Below, piece after piece: positions 37,515-50,235 of a DNA stretch of 64,000 bases (positions within the stretch are counted from its first letter, which is position 1; each line of letters opens with the position of its first letter). Both the position numbers and the translations under genes were made by a program. The notes beneath the pieces were generated by a model. That model was not told the DNA's origin. It saw nothing but the letters and a program-made list of their open reading frames with translations, and made no database searches. Source of the stretch: Lama guanicoe (lineage: Eukaryota); NCBI GenBank assembly GCA_013239625.1, contig MU053881.1, positions 11,026,873-11,090,872 on the forward strand, in the 5' to 3' direction.

Positions 37515-37750
37515 TGCTACTACTAGCTAACACTTAATGTGTGCTCACTACATGCCCCTCATGGTTTAAGAGCTTTAAATATTTTAACTCGTTTACTTCT
37601 CGCAATACCTGGATTCAGTATTCTCTGTATTTACAGAGGAAGAGACTGAATTACAGAATGTCCAAGATCTCGCATAATACCACACAGCTGACGTAGCTAG
37701 AACTTGATTCTCAGCAGCCTGAAAATAAGTCATTTTACCCATTATGAGGC
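37515..37750 (-). mobile_element. MIR SINE
   Basis: tagctaacacttaatgtgtgctcactacatgcc...taagagctttaaatattttaactcgtttacttctcgcaa...tttacagaggaagagactga. Confidence 0.75.
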
Positions 37751-38403
37751 TTCCAAAAGATCATTAGTGTATTCCCTGTATTTTCCAGTTCAAGAAATGA
37801 AGACCAGGTGAGAACAAGAGACTAACCAAGTCCACGGCCAGGTAATGATAGGACTAGGGCAGAAAACTCCCAACCCCCAGATTCCCAGTTCTGAATTCTT
37901 CCTATTGTGCCTATAATGTATGTGTGGATTTCAACCTTCTGGGAATCTAAAATTTCTTACAATTTTGAAGTGGCTTTGTAGTGTTCAACTTGGCTAAACT
38001 GAACTAAATTTTCCAAAATTCCTTTCTTGTATGTTTCTGTTTAGGGTGGGTCACGGGAGGCTCTTCTATGAGATGGTGAGGAGAGAAGTGAGAGGGTGCC
38101 CATTCTGTAGTTCATGTACAATGCCTTTGATCTGTGTCCCTACCTCCTTGGAGTGAGTCTATATCTGGGTCTGCATACCTCCTTGGGTCCTCCTTTAGCT
38201 TCTCTGACTCCCGGGCCACATATGTATGTTTAGCAACATCACAGAAAACTCTGGCTTCTGTAGAGCTCCCATGTGAAAAATGTCAGAGGCTATAAGAACT
38301 CTCACAGCCTTCTATTTGTTCTCATGAGGTCCCCGCTTATTCTTGACCTCTTTCCTATATCTCCCCATCCCCAATTGTCTTCCTAGCCTCTCCTGTCATT
38401 ATG

Positions 38404-39780
38404 CAATAGGTTCATGAACAGAGTGGCCATTACAATATGGGTGCAAGTTTTTCATAGGGTCAGCAATAGGTTTCCACTCACCCAGGCCAGTCCTGCTATA
38501 GCCACTGGTGAATGTCCTTTTTGCCAACAGCAGAAACCAACACTGTACCCCCATGACGGCATCATATCCTAAAAAAAATCAGTCAGCTACCTGGTGTCAG
38601 GTTGATTATATTGGACCTCTTTGAACATGGGAGGCACAGCACTTTGTTCTTGTTAGAAAAGACAGTAGTCTGGATGTGGATTCGCCCTCTCTGCTTGCAG
38701 CGAATCTCCCAAACTAACATCCACAGATTTACTGGATAGCTTACCCATACTAGTCTTACCATGTTCTCTAGCATGCGGAAGTAATTAGCTAATTGCCAAA
38801 ATAACGGAATGGCTCTTTGGGGTCTTGGTGACAGCACCAGCTGGGTGGGGATCTCTTACAGGGCTAGAACACAATCCTCCAGGAAAAAAATGCATGCATG
38901 GAATCAGCCTCTGGTATATGATGTCATTTGTCTGACGACCAGGAATCAGGGGATAGAAATAAGACCGGCTCTTTCCAATATTGTGCCTAATATTCCACTA
39001 CCAAAATGTTTACTTCCCAGCCATACAGCTTTGGGTTCTGCTGGTCTAGAGGTCTTCGATGCAAAGGAATAATGCTTCCATATAAATAAAGCTTCCCCAA
39101 CCAAAGATAAATGAAATTTTCAATCTCAAGAGAGTTAAGAATTCTCACAGTTTTAAAGTAGTTTGATTACCTATTGTTCAACTTGGCTAGTCTGAACTAC
39201 ATTTTCCAGAAATCCCTTTCTTCTATGTGTCTGGTTAGAGTGGACCACAAGGAAATCTTTCTTGGAGACTTACAGAAACGAAGAGAAACGTCAACCATTG
39301 TGCAGCTCACACGTGTCACTGATCTGCAGACTGATCTCAGGAAATACAAAGTGACTCCACTAAACCATAAATTGAGCCTGCCATAGGCCACTTTGAGACT
39401 ACTGAAGTAATCTATGTCAATAGCCAAAGGAGACAGTTGCTGGACTGACTGAGACCACTGAGCTTGACCATTAGGAAGCTGGGGTGCCACCACACAGTGA
39501 GTATCAGGGGAGTACGTCTGTAATGCAGAAGATCGCTTAGGTACTTCTTGGTACTTCTGCATTCTGTGATTAAAGTCGATGGAAAAATAAAATGACTCAA
39601 TTAAGGCCAGCCTGATAAGGGCTCAGAACCTTCAGGAAGAAAGATGTGTGTCATAGGTCAGAAACTAATACCAGCTGAGATGCTTCCCGAGGGAAAAGGG
39701 AGTAAGAAAATGAGGAGAAAAAGAAGCGGCTATAAATACCAGCTACGAGCACGTGGCCAGTTGTAGAAAGGAGGACTGTG
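38404..39780 (+). pseudogene. Decayed ERVL integrase and downstream dUTPase-region coding remnants
   Basis: translations VHEQSGH, FPLTQASPAIATGECPFCQQQKPTL (HHCC finger), NQSATWCQVDYIGPL (first catalytic Asp) and LGSAGLEV; multiple stops and frameshifts; interrupted at 39081-39337. Confidence 0.88.
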
Positions 39781-40233
39781 ATAGTTAGGGATATTTAGTC
39801 ATTATTTTGATATGACTCCTTTTGTATATCAACCAAAAAGTTTTCTTTTCTTCCTCTCTCTCATCCCCTTATCAAATATAAGACACATTAACAGTAGTTA
39901 AATTTATATGTCAATATTTAAATTACAAGCTATCCAACCTGAAGCATGAATTAAGAAAAGAATAAAAAGCATTCAAAGACCAAAAAAAAAGAAATTTTTT
40001 CCTCTTTGGAGGAAAAAGTGAGCCTATTTCCAGTTTTTATTTAGGATAGTTGTATCATGTTAGGTAGAAGCTTGACTTTGTCATTATCTTTATTTGGAGG
40101 CGAAGTGTGATTTAAGATGTTTATAGGTGACAAGTTAATAAGGAATGTAGTGTTAGGGCTCTACAACATGTCCATGTGGCTGTGCTGAACTATATTTCCC
40201 AGGACCCCTTTTCCTGAACTACATTTCCCAGAA

Positions 40234-40548
40234 GCCCTCTGTACCCACAGGTTCCCCATCACATCCACAAATTCAACCAACCACAGATCAAAACTATTCA
40301 TAAAGAATAAAAGAATTCCAAACAGTTCAAAAAAGCAAAACTTGAATTTGCCATGTACCAGCAACAATTTACCTAGCATCTGCATTGTATTAAGTGTTAT
40401 AAGCAATCTAGAGATGAGTTAAAGTATACGGGAGAGTGTGAGTAAACCTACTCACAATGCAAATACTACACCGTTGTATATGCGTCTACAAATTATGGTG
40501 TATGTCGGGGTCCAGGAACCAATTCCCTGCGATACTAAGGGACAAATG
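40234..40548 (-). mobile_element. MER2 (TcMar-Tigger MITE) inserted in the 3' LTR
   Basis: attcaaccaaccacagatcaaaa...aaaagcaaaacttgaatttgcc...atctagagatgagttaaagtatacggga...ggaaccaattccctgcgatactaagggac, followed by TA. Confidence 0.88.
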
Positions 40549-41035
40549 TACCTCCACTGACGGAGAGCCAAGAAGCTTGTAGGTGACTTAGGGGGTGGAA
40601 CTAAAGCAGCAGTCATTTCATATCTTGCACATACCATTTTTGGTATAATTCGTCAACTTATCGGTAAGAGGCAGCAGGTGGGCCTACAACTGTTGCACCT
40701 TCCCTTGAATCTTCTTTTACTTTTTCTAACTCTTGGGCCAGGAGCTTGTGTTTAGCTCCATGAGAAAGGACCCCACCCTCTGCAGGGCTCCCATACCACC
40801 AGGGTTAGAGGCAACAAGAAGTGGTATGTATTTCAGTTCATCCTCCTGGGGCTCTAGCTTGTGCTTGTGGGTTTCAGGCAGTTTTTGATCCTCCCTACTC
40901 TGTACCCATCTTCCCTCCCAATTGGCTCCCCTGTGAACTTCAAGTTTCAGCATTAGAAGCAAAGATCTCAACAGTGCAGAAATTGTTTTATCAACTCCCC
41001 AAATTGCATGTGGTCACATCCTTATAATAGATCTG

Positions 41036-41074
<39 letters not shown>
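41036..41074. repeat. (TCTA)n tetranucleotide microsatellite inside the LTR
   Basis: directly visible. Confidence 0.95.
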
Positions 41075-41189
41075 CTATCTTATCTATTATCTAACCATCC
41101 AACCATCTGTTTTTATTGATTCTGTTTCTCTGATTGAACTCTGATATGAAGAGACTATAAGTAAATTGCAACAAAATTATTATTAGTAA

Positions 41190-41320
41190 CGTTATTTTAC
41201 AAACTGAGGAAACTGAGGCTCAGAATTCTTCATTTTCTTTCAAATCCCATAGCAAGTAAATGACAAGATACTTGAGATACAAGACATTTAATTCCGTATC
41301 TTGCTCATTTATGTTCCAAG
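41190..41320 (-). mobile_element. MIR core
   Basis: ttattttacaaactgaggaaactgaggctcaga. Confidence 0.7.
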
Positions 41321-41609
41321 TGCTGCATTGCTATTCCGAGTAAATAATTGAATTTATTTACTACTATTAAATTTATAAATTAAAGAGTATTATTGTAAGA
41401 CAGAAATATAAGATGGCACAGAGTCTCAAGTTTATAGGTCTTTCATGTGTGTGTTTGGCAAATCTTAGTTGTTGATATTATGATTATCAATATTAATATT
41501 GTAATCTGACAGGTCTTGGCATGATTATCTCATAATTAGCTTTATGCATCTTGTCATGTCTATTCAGTAACACTGTAAACCCAGCACATGAGAGGACAAC
41601 AAATTTGCA

Positions 41610-41760
41610 GCAGATCAGTTATTTGGATTTAGACTGGCTGGGCTGAGCTACTTGCCAATCATATGTTCTCAACAAAATTAAGTTTTAAAAGCTTTGGCTC
41701 CCTCACCTGTAACCTGGGCATAATGGCATAATAGTAACAGTTACCTTATAGCGCTGTTGC
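41610..41760 (+). mobile_element. MIR fragment
   Basis: ttggctccctcacctgtaacctgggcataat...taccttatagcgctgttg. Confidence 0.55.
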
Positions 41761-42110
41761 TTGAGCTTCATTCTTAGAGCCAGGGGGAACCGCTAAAGTG
41801 TTTTAAGGAGGAGAATTTCTATTTACCCTTTTAAAAGATTGTTCTGACTTCTGTGTAAAGAATGGAGAGCTGAGGCAAAAGTGGAGACGAGAAAAGTAAT
41901 TTGCAGGTTGTAGCATGTTCAGTGAAAGAGTGTTGGTGTCTTTGATCAGGGTGGTGAATCAGTAGATTGAGTGGCAGAATTTCCAGAACCTGGCTGTAAA
42001 CGAACAGTATGAGAAAGAAGTTAAGAAACATGCCCAGGCTTCTGGATTAAACAATAGGGGTAGATAAAGTTGCTGTAAACTGAGAAAGTAAAGAATAGAG
42101 ACAAAAAGAG
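41761..42110 (-). mobile_element. L2 body fragment
   Basis: ggggaaccgctaaagtgttttaaggagg...ttttaaaagattgttctgacttctgtgtaaagaatgga...cccaggcttctggattaaacaa. Confidence 0.75.
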
Positions 42111-43890
42111 CACACTTTGGCAGTGGTGATTGTGCTGGTGAGAGAGGTAACCAAAGGCAGACTTTCTCACTTCTCTTCTTCTGCTCCCTGAAGTATGCAT
42201 TTCATTTTTAAATATAGATATTTTTATGAATAGCTATACTTTCCAACTCTGAGAATCTAACAGAATACCCTAGTGAGCAGAGTATTATGAGAGGGCCATT
42301 TTAATAAATGTTCAGATATTTTTTAAAAAGAATTCTTCTTAGTGGATATCTATCTTTAAGCAATTTTACAGACTTTGTTCTCTAATTTATTATTAATTTT
42401 TTAAGGATCTAAATGGAAATATTTTTGCAACAACCCAGTTCTGCTGTTTAAATATCACCACCACAAAAAGAGAAAGCTATGATGCTTTTCTGTATGAAGG
42501 AACGATTCACACTCTTTGCTTTAAATTTCACCATTCTTCAGCCTCCAGTGCCATTGCTATTCGAATACTATTTAGGGTAACATTTTCCTCTCTCTTGGGT
42601 AATTTCTCACCACTTCAGCCACTCCTGCAAAATTTGCTCAATGTTCTAAAACATGCAAGTACTTGTATTACTCCTATACTTGTAAATAAAATGACTTTCT
42701 GCTGCCTATCAAAAAAAAATGTGTTAAGCTCCTTTATGTATTTCAGAAACAGCTAATGGTATGGTATGAAAAGACTATCGGAATTGGTGGAAAATCAGAC
42801 TAACAATGGAGTCCACAGACATTTCATTTTATATATTATCTGAGCCAAAAATTAGGAAATATACATGATTTGAGAAATAAAACAGTAAGCAAGACATCCT
42901 AAGGATGAAACATGAAATAACCATACTGTCTTTTAAAATCCAGATATAAGTTTATTTAGCACTTAGCATGTACTTGATCATAGCGTTTAGCTCTTAAAAA
43001 TCTGTAAGTTTATAGTCTTCTTGATGAGACTATGATCATCCAGATGCCAAGAACCATGATATTTAATTTTCCATACACTATTCCTGGACAAAATAGATGC
43101 TCAAGAAGCATGTGTTGACAAGATAAAGTGCCGAATGAGACCTGATAGTACTGGTTTTGTACATTCAATGTATAAATGCTGCTGACACCTCAGTAGCACG
43201 AAGCAGCTTGAAATTGTTAGATGATATTATTTGTCATTTGCTAAATGAAGCACCACCCTGGCCTAGAGTCTCTTGCACTGTTTTCTGCAGAGTGATGGAA
43301 CACTTGGAGTTTGTCAGCTGGCATGGATAAATTTGTCATTGGGCATAACCCTTTCTGGGTCATTCAGGTGTAGGTTAAAAAGAAAAATGACTGCAATGCT
43401 GGTGAGAGGTACACACATTTGGCAACCCTCATGCTGAACTCAGTGTACTGAAGGCAAAGGCTGCAGGCAATAGCCTTGAGTCTGGGCTTCTAGGGAACGC
43501 TTTACCTCATTGCTCCTTGCTCCTGACCTGACATCCATCTTAAGAGGTGAAGCAAGAGTTCGCGTCCCCGGCTCCTTCAGACTTGGAATTATAGCCCAAC
43601 TCCCAGTCAGGCTGTCAATTACTGCCAATTTACAGGGCTAAGGGAAAAGGCTTTATGGCCTCTTAGAAGCAGAGAAAGAAAAGAAAGAAAAAACTGTGGG
43701 GTGACTATGAGCTGAGGAGATGCTATCAATATGTATATTTTGCTTTGCCATTAGTTAATTTTCTAGAGCTCTGCCTTGTAAAAATCTGCTATCACACTGA
43801 CAGCTAAAGGAGAAATATTAAAGGCCATTCGGTGTTCACATACTAGTTTGTGGATAAACTGTAACTTTCCCCAAAATGAAGCCTATAAAC

Positions 43891-44060
43891 CAGTGAATCC
43901 CAAACTCTGGTGTCTGTTAGAATCATCTGGAGGGCTTGTTAAAGTAACCCCAAGCTTCTGACTCAGGATGTCTGGGACGCCATTCGATAACTTGTGTTTG
44001 AAGCAAATATCCAGGTAAGGATTATGCTACCAGTCAGGGATTACACTTTAGGAACCACTG
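43891..44060. mobile_element. MER5A hAT MITE with 8 bp TSD
   Basis: CAGTG...CACTG termini, ttagaatcatctggagggcttgttaaa core, flanks CTATAAAC / CTTTAAAC (7/8). Confidence 0.88.
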
Positions 44061-44674
44061 CTTTAAACATTACAGTAAACTTTAGTTTTAAGATCATTTT
44101 GTTTATCAGTTGATACAAACACTGCACCTGTACACTAAGCTTAAAACAAACAAACAAACAACGATGTGAAAGAGGTATTGAGTCTGGTATATGGAAGGTG
44201 CATTACAGGGACCGAATCCACAGGGCAGAATTGCCTGTTCAGTGTCCACGCATATTTGAGAAGAAAATGAGGAGGAATACAATGATAGGCATGCCTGACA
44301 TTAAAGAAAAGCTTATTCGTGCCTAATGCCATGGAGAATTTGTTTAAGAACAATTCACAGGCATGGCAGTCTGACCCTGTGGTGAGCTGAGTTCACAAAG
44401 TCCTTAACTGATGGCTGCGGACGTGCAAACAAAGTACAGTAGGTGATAATACAGGCAGATGTCACGTACAGTGGTGACAAACCTCCCCCTCTCAGAGATA
44501 AAGGGCAGTGTTTGACCTAGCCTTTCCTTAAGTTTCTTTCTGATTCTTTCCTCTATATCTATCTTCCTCTTGGGGAAGCTAACCCAGTGGTATAGCTACA
44601 GTCCATTTTGACAGGTAACCCGAATTGGGAAAACGATACGCTTAAGTGTTAGAAGAAGATACTATGATTGACAT

Positions 44675-44896
44675 CGGTAGTTCTCAGCTGGGGAATTGTG
44701 GACCCCTAGAGGACGCGTGGCAATGTCCGAAGGCATTTCTGATCCTTGCAGCTGGGAAGGTGCTGCTGGCATCTAGCGCGTGGAGACCAAGTCTGCTGCT
44801 AAATGCTCTACGTTGTGTAAGACAGCCCCCACCCACCCCGCCAACAAAGAATTGCCCAGTTCAGAGTGTCAACAGTGCCAAGACTGAGAAATCCCG
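44675..44896 (+). mobile_element. MER20 hAT MITE
   Basis: tggcaatgtccgaaggcattt...tgctgctggcatctagcgcgtggagaccaag...tgctgctaaa...caacaaagaattgcccag...gtcaacagtgccaagactgagaaatccc. Confidence 0.9.
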
Positions 44897-47800
44897 ATAT
44901 ACACTCAGGAAAAACAGGGACTGAAAAGAATCTATCTCTTCACATTCATTACCTTGACTGTGAAATATATATATATATAATTAGACCATAGTATAGAATC
45001 ACAGAATCTCTGCAGGTGATTTGGTCACAGCCCAGTTCACCCTTATGACCTGGCATCTTGCAACCTTATGCATGAAATGAATATACTAGACTATTAAATT
45101 AAATTCCTATCTAACATAAGTTTAATTTTCTTATTTCTTTGTTTTATTCATTTGAGTAAGTACTCATTATTATCAAATATAAAAGACTCTAATTGTCTCT
45201 TATTATTGTCCCCTTGGTGGTGATACTGAGGGCCACTCTCCTGAGACAGCTGCCAGGACTGACAGCTAAAGAGCCACAAAAACAATCTCTCCAAATCTTA
45301 CTCAAGCAATGCAAGTTGATATTTCTTTTGTAATACAGTTGACATATTAAAAAAAATTATAAACACAAATTGCTCAAATGAAAGCATTTTGAATAGACTT
45401 CTCAACAGAGTTGTGTTTTTTTTTTTGCATGCTTCAGTGATAGTGATTCTTTTTATCAGTCAAAGTAAATCAATATTTATGTCATCCAAGAAATCTGACT
45501 AATGCTAGGAATTACTGAATAGGCAATTACATTTCAAATGCAAAATTTAACAAAATAATGGTATAATGCAGGAAGCAAATGAAGTAGCAATGCAGTAAAA
45601 CCAAGCGCTTTTCAAAGAGCCTGCTGATTTGAAGCTTCTCCACAATCCGTTTTCAAACCTTCTTTTGATATTCATAAATTCAAATTAAATAATGGAATTG
45701 ATGAAAGAAATAGAAGATGTCTTAAAGGTATCATCTTTCAACATAATATTCTTGGGGAGTTTATGACTACAAACAGGGTGGCAGCTTTAGCTACTTTAAC
45801 AGTGAGCTTCAAGGAACAAGGCTGAAAAGTATGTTCATGAGGAAATATGTCACGTTCATTAAATGCTTAACATATCATAAGTGAAGAGTTATTTTTTTTA
45901 TAAACGCATACGTCTTTCTCCCCTGTTCCAAATTCTAATATGCATTTATTCATCTAAAATATCTCTTTCCTACTGTAGAAGTGGAAAAATAATATGATTC
46001 AGTAAAATCATTCTTCTTTGAATTTACACACTTAGCGATTATAATTGTCAACTTAGTTTGACAAATTATTCCTATAACATCCATCACAGGGCCTGAGAAT
46101 CCAAAAGTAACAGATAAACTCCGCTGAGTCATATCACTCTACTTGTGATTTTGCTTATTTATAAATTTGACATCAACATATAGTTCTACACATTGATTTT
46201 TTTTCTAAAATCACATCATTTTTTATTACCTGGAAGAAAACATGCAATAAATTACACTTTATTTATGCATCCGTTTGATTGACAACAATTTTTGAATGCT
46301 TGCTTGCTTTCCTTCTTTCCTTCTTTAACTAGAGCATTTTTCAGGTACTTAAAGTGACCAAGTCCATGATTTTCCTATGACTTTCTCAGTTTTAGCACTA
46401 AAGTTCCATGTGAGTTTGAAAGAAGAAACTTATACAGAAGGCTATATAACCTTCCACTCCATCTAGTGATAATGTCAAGAGTTGTAATTCAATGGGTATA
46501 ACACAGAGAAAAACATAGTATATATGTACGTTTACAAAGCAAAAGCAATTCCAAATACATTGATTCAAATAAACCTGAAGCTTAGTTCTGTGAAATCTTT
46601 GGACACAAATCTTCTTGAACCTTTGGTTCTGAGTATCAAGAAAGTGATGCAGGAATTACAGTTGACCCAAGCCATGCACTGGGAGCCTGCAGTCCCAGTT
46701 TATTTATTCTCTTCAATATCCTCAGTATTTATTTATGTTTTCTCTGGTCTCCAAACCTTCAGTTTTCAGTAAGAAAATTGTCACAACTAGGTTTTTGTAT
46801 TCTACCCAGAGAGTCTACATCCTACTGATTCTAGGTTTACTCTCCTCCTAAATCTTAAGCTTCCTCCTACTCAACACGCCTAAAATCACCGTGAATTCAC
46901 TGGAAAATACAGAGGCACGATAAATGGCAGAGTTGGTAATGGAACAGCTGAGCATTCATTACAAAGTCAGATGAGTTCTTTGTCATTTACGAAGACAGGA
47001 GAGACTGGCATTAAAATACGGTTCATTAAAAGTGAATTTTAGCCCAGCCATTTACAGAGCCAAAACATCTGGAGACGATTCTAATTTATACTGGAGTGCC
47101 TTCAAAAACATTTTAACTCCTAACTAAACACAAGGGAATTGGTAAGTAGAAGGCTTTGGGTTTTGTGCTGAAGTGACATATCTATTTATTTCTCAGAACA
47201 CTGCCATACATCAGCCTAAGTACCCTTCAACACAAACTCAGTTACGCTTTTTAAAAGTGTTACTTTCTCCTCACCCTTCAATTTTTACCTTACCATTTTT
47301 GCCGGAATACATGTTGACAAATAATTCAGGGAAGTAAGTGGTTAAGCAAGCTGAACTCATTCCCCTCTCCAGCCCCTCGTACAGATTACTCATCCTTATC
47401 TAAATAAAAGACAGAGGATCAGAGCTAAGTCAATGGACGAGGTGCAGGGGTACAAATTAATCCAGCGCAACAGACAGCCCAGCAGAACTGTCCCTGCTTG
47501 TCGTGCAAAACTGCCCTATCTCAGGAGCTGTCACAAACAACACCCACGCTTTCCTCTCCAACCTATGAATTGAGACTATTTACATGATCCTTTACAACAT
47601 CATTAGCCTTCACATTTTTCTTTATTTCTCATAATATCTTCTTAGATCATTAAGCAGCAGCTCTTCAACAAGTGAAAAAAAAATCTTACAGTCAGCTTGG
47701 GGGAATGTGTGAGTCAACAGTGAGTAAATACCAACTCATAGGAAAAAAAAATCACTTAGGCAAGGACACAAAGCTGTTTTATTCCAATTCCTATTGAGCA

Positions 47801-49394
47801 GTATTATATAACATTTTATTCTCCTAATATCTCCTTTTTACCAGGAAACAAAAACAAACACAAAAACAGCACAACCGTATCTTGCTAATACTTTCTGTAT
47901 CCAATTTCAAATTTTATTTTAATAGCAAAGACTTTCCTGGTCTTACCAGTCAAGATAAATTAAGGTTTTTCTCTGTTTTTCCTCACTGGGCTATTCAAAT
48001 CTCTACTGACTAATTTCTATCTGTCTTGGATAAAAGCGTATGTCTCCCTTCCCGAAATGGCTTCCATATTTTCCAAGGGCATAGACATTGCAACTTTAGT
48101 GTATTTCCCAAATACCAAGCCCAGTGCCTTCCCCAGGACAGGTGCTCAACGGACCTCTAAAATTAGGCAAAGTGTATCACCAGAGTTGGTCAAGGACGAC
48201 CTTTGTTTAACATGCTATGTATAGTGTCATTTACATTACGTTAGAAAAGGAAGTTTTAGTTGTGTATGTGTATTCCTCCACCAAATCTTTTGTTTAGAAA
48301 CACACTGGAATCTGTCATAAGCTACTATCAAGTTTACTGTCTCACCATTCATTTATTCACTTAACAAGTACCTGTTCCTAAGCATGCATTAAAATAACAA
48401 GCATTATATGCCTTACTTGCACTGTGGGTCATAAACACAACAGGGAGCAGAACCCAGATTTCAATCCAGATCTGTCTGAAGCTTGGTCTCTTTCATCTCT
48501 GTCCCCTTTTGTCTCTCCAAACTTCGGGCTGGATCCAGTATGTTAAACTATACACTGAGTCAGATTAGTTTGTTACATATTTTGTTAGTGACAGCTGTCA
48601 TCTGTATTCATATTGTTCTTATTTCTCTTCTTCTGTTTCAAATTCTCCCCTATGCAACTCCTTTCCAATGCTTAAGGATAACACATAATCTGTTTATAAA
48701 ATATTCATAAACATAGTGATCGATATTACATTTTATTTGTATCTGAGCTGATATCCATCCAGTGCATACTGATATGAACACACTGCTTGTTGCACTCTTG
48801 TTGTCCAGGGTGGGTGCCATACCATTTTCTGTGTCACCCCCTCTCCACCCCCCATCTCATCCAGAGCCTCGTGATCATGGTGTCCAAGGGGAACCAAGAC
48901 TCATGTTAACTTCCTGCTGCCAGTGTGGCCATCAAGGGGCCAGTTACCAACCCGTGGGGCAAACAGGAGATTTATTAAATCATAAATCACATAGTACACA
49001 TTTTTACTTTTACTTCCAAAGCACTTTCTTTTCTACTGGTAAACACACCTAGTGTTCTTTTAGGGAACTCCACCTTTGACACCAGGTGAAATCTTGGTAG
49101 GACGACACCCAAAGTTTTCTGTCAGTTTCCCCTGTACCCTCTCAATGGGTGGGCATGCTGTTCAAACAGAACCAATCCAACTGTCACTCACCAAGGAATT
49201 CAAATCTTGGGCAAAGAAACAGTCTAAAAATAATTGAATGAATAATTAAGAAACTCAACCATTTGTCTTACTGGCACCACTCTGACAAAACTCTTAGTTT
49301 CCATCACATGCATTCTCACGTGCAGCTGTGTGTGTGCTTCCCGAGGGTGGTGCTCCTTACTCCACACCCCCAGGCATTCCACCAATCGTGTCAG

Positions 49395-49787
49395 TGTTGC
49401 CAGTTGAATTGCGTTTTCCACAAATACATGTTGAAGTCCTAACTCACAGTACCTGTGGATGTGATCTTATTTGGAGATAAGATCTTTGTAGATGCAACTG
49501 AATTAAGATCAGGTCGTTGGAGTGGGCCCTAATCTAACCTAACTAGTGTCCTCATAAGAAGAGGAGACACAGAGACAAATACCCAGGCAATAGGTCACGT
49601 GATGACAGAGGCAACAACTGGAGTGATGCGTCTATGAGCCAAGAACTGCCTAGAAAACCAGAAGCTAAGGCAGGCCAACACCTAGGTTTCAGATGTTCAG
49701 CCTCCAGAAATGTGAGGGAATAAATTCCTGCTTTTAAGCCACCCAGTCTGTGGTACTTTGTTATGTCAGCCCTAGAAAACTAAAATA
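49395..49787 (+). mobile_element. MLT1B/C MaLR solo LTR
   Basis: tgttgaagtcctaac...gtgatcttatttggagataagatctttgtagatg...cagcctccagaaatgtgagggaataaattcctgcttttaagccacccagtctgtggtactttgtta; 5 bp flanks GTCAG / GCCAG. Confidence 0.9.
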
Positions 49788-49789
49788 GC

Positions 49790-50235
49790 CAGGTCTCTCT
49801 TCCAGCCTAGTCATAGTAATCCTATTTTAAGCTGCCACTTATTGATCTAAAAAATCCACGCGATTCAGCTCTGACCAATGAATCACAAGGGGAATCTCCT
49901 AAGAGTCTTCTGGAAATGGATTTTCCTCCTAAGGAAAGAGACTAGCACTTAAGAAGAGATGCATTTTCCCCACCTGCTTACCTTCTGCTGCAGAAACTGT
50001 CTTGTGGAGTATTGCAGATGTCTTGTAACCATGTGGTAAGACATCACCAACACACTGAGTATTTATCAGAAGTGGAATGACCTTGGGTACTTGTATAAAC
50101 CATTGCATAAAGCCTGGAATCAGTAGACTCTGGATGTAGGTGAGCCTAAAACATACAAACAAGCAAAAAATATTACATTAGCCATTTTCTGTTGTGTATT
50201 CTACTATCTCTAGTCAAAAGCATCTTAACTATACA
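49790..50235 (+). mobile_element. Older MaLR LTR (MLT1H/I-like)
   Basis: cagctctgaccaatgaatcacaaggggaa...cttctggaaatggattttcctcc...tagtcaaaagcatcttaactataca. Confidence 0.65.

Larger units (their letters stand above)
37966..41128 (+). mobile_element. Collapsed ERVL provirus with LTR52-like LTRs (partial 5' LTR 37966-38390, internal remnant, 3' LTR 40146-41128)
   Basis: tcaacttggctaaactgaactaaattttccaaaattcc LTR52-like start seen three times; ERVL pol remnants in between; 3' LTR ends ttctgtttctctgattgaactctga. Confidence 0.8.
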
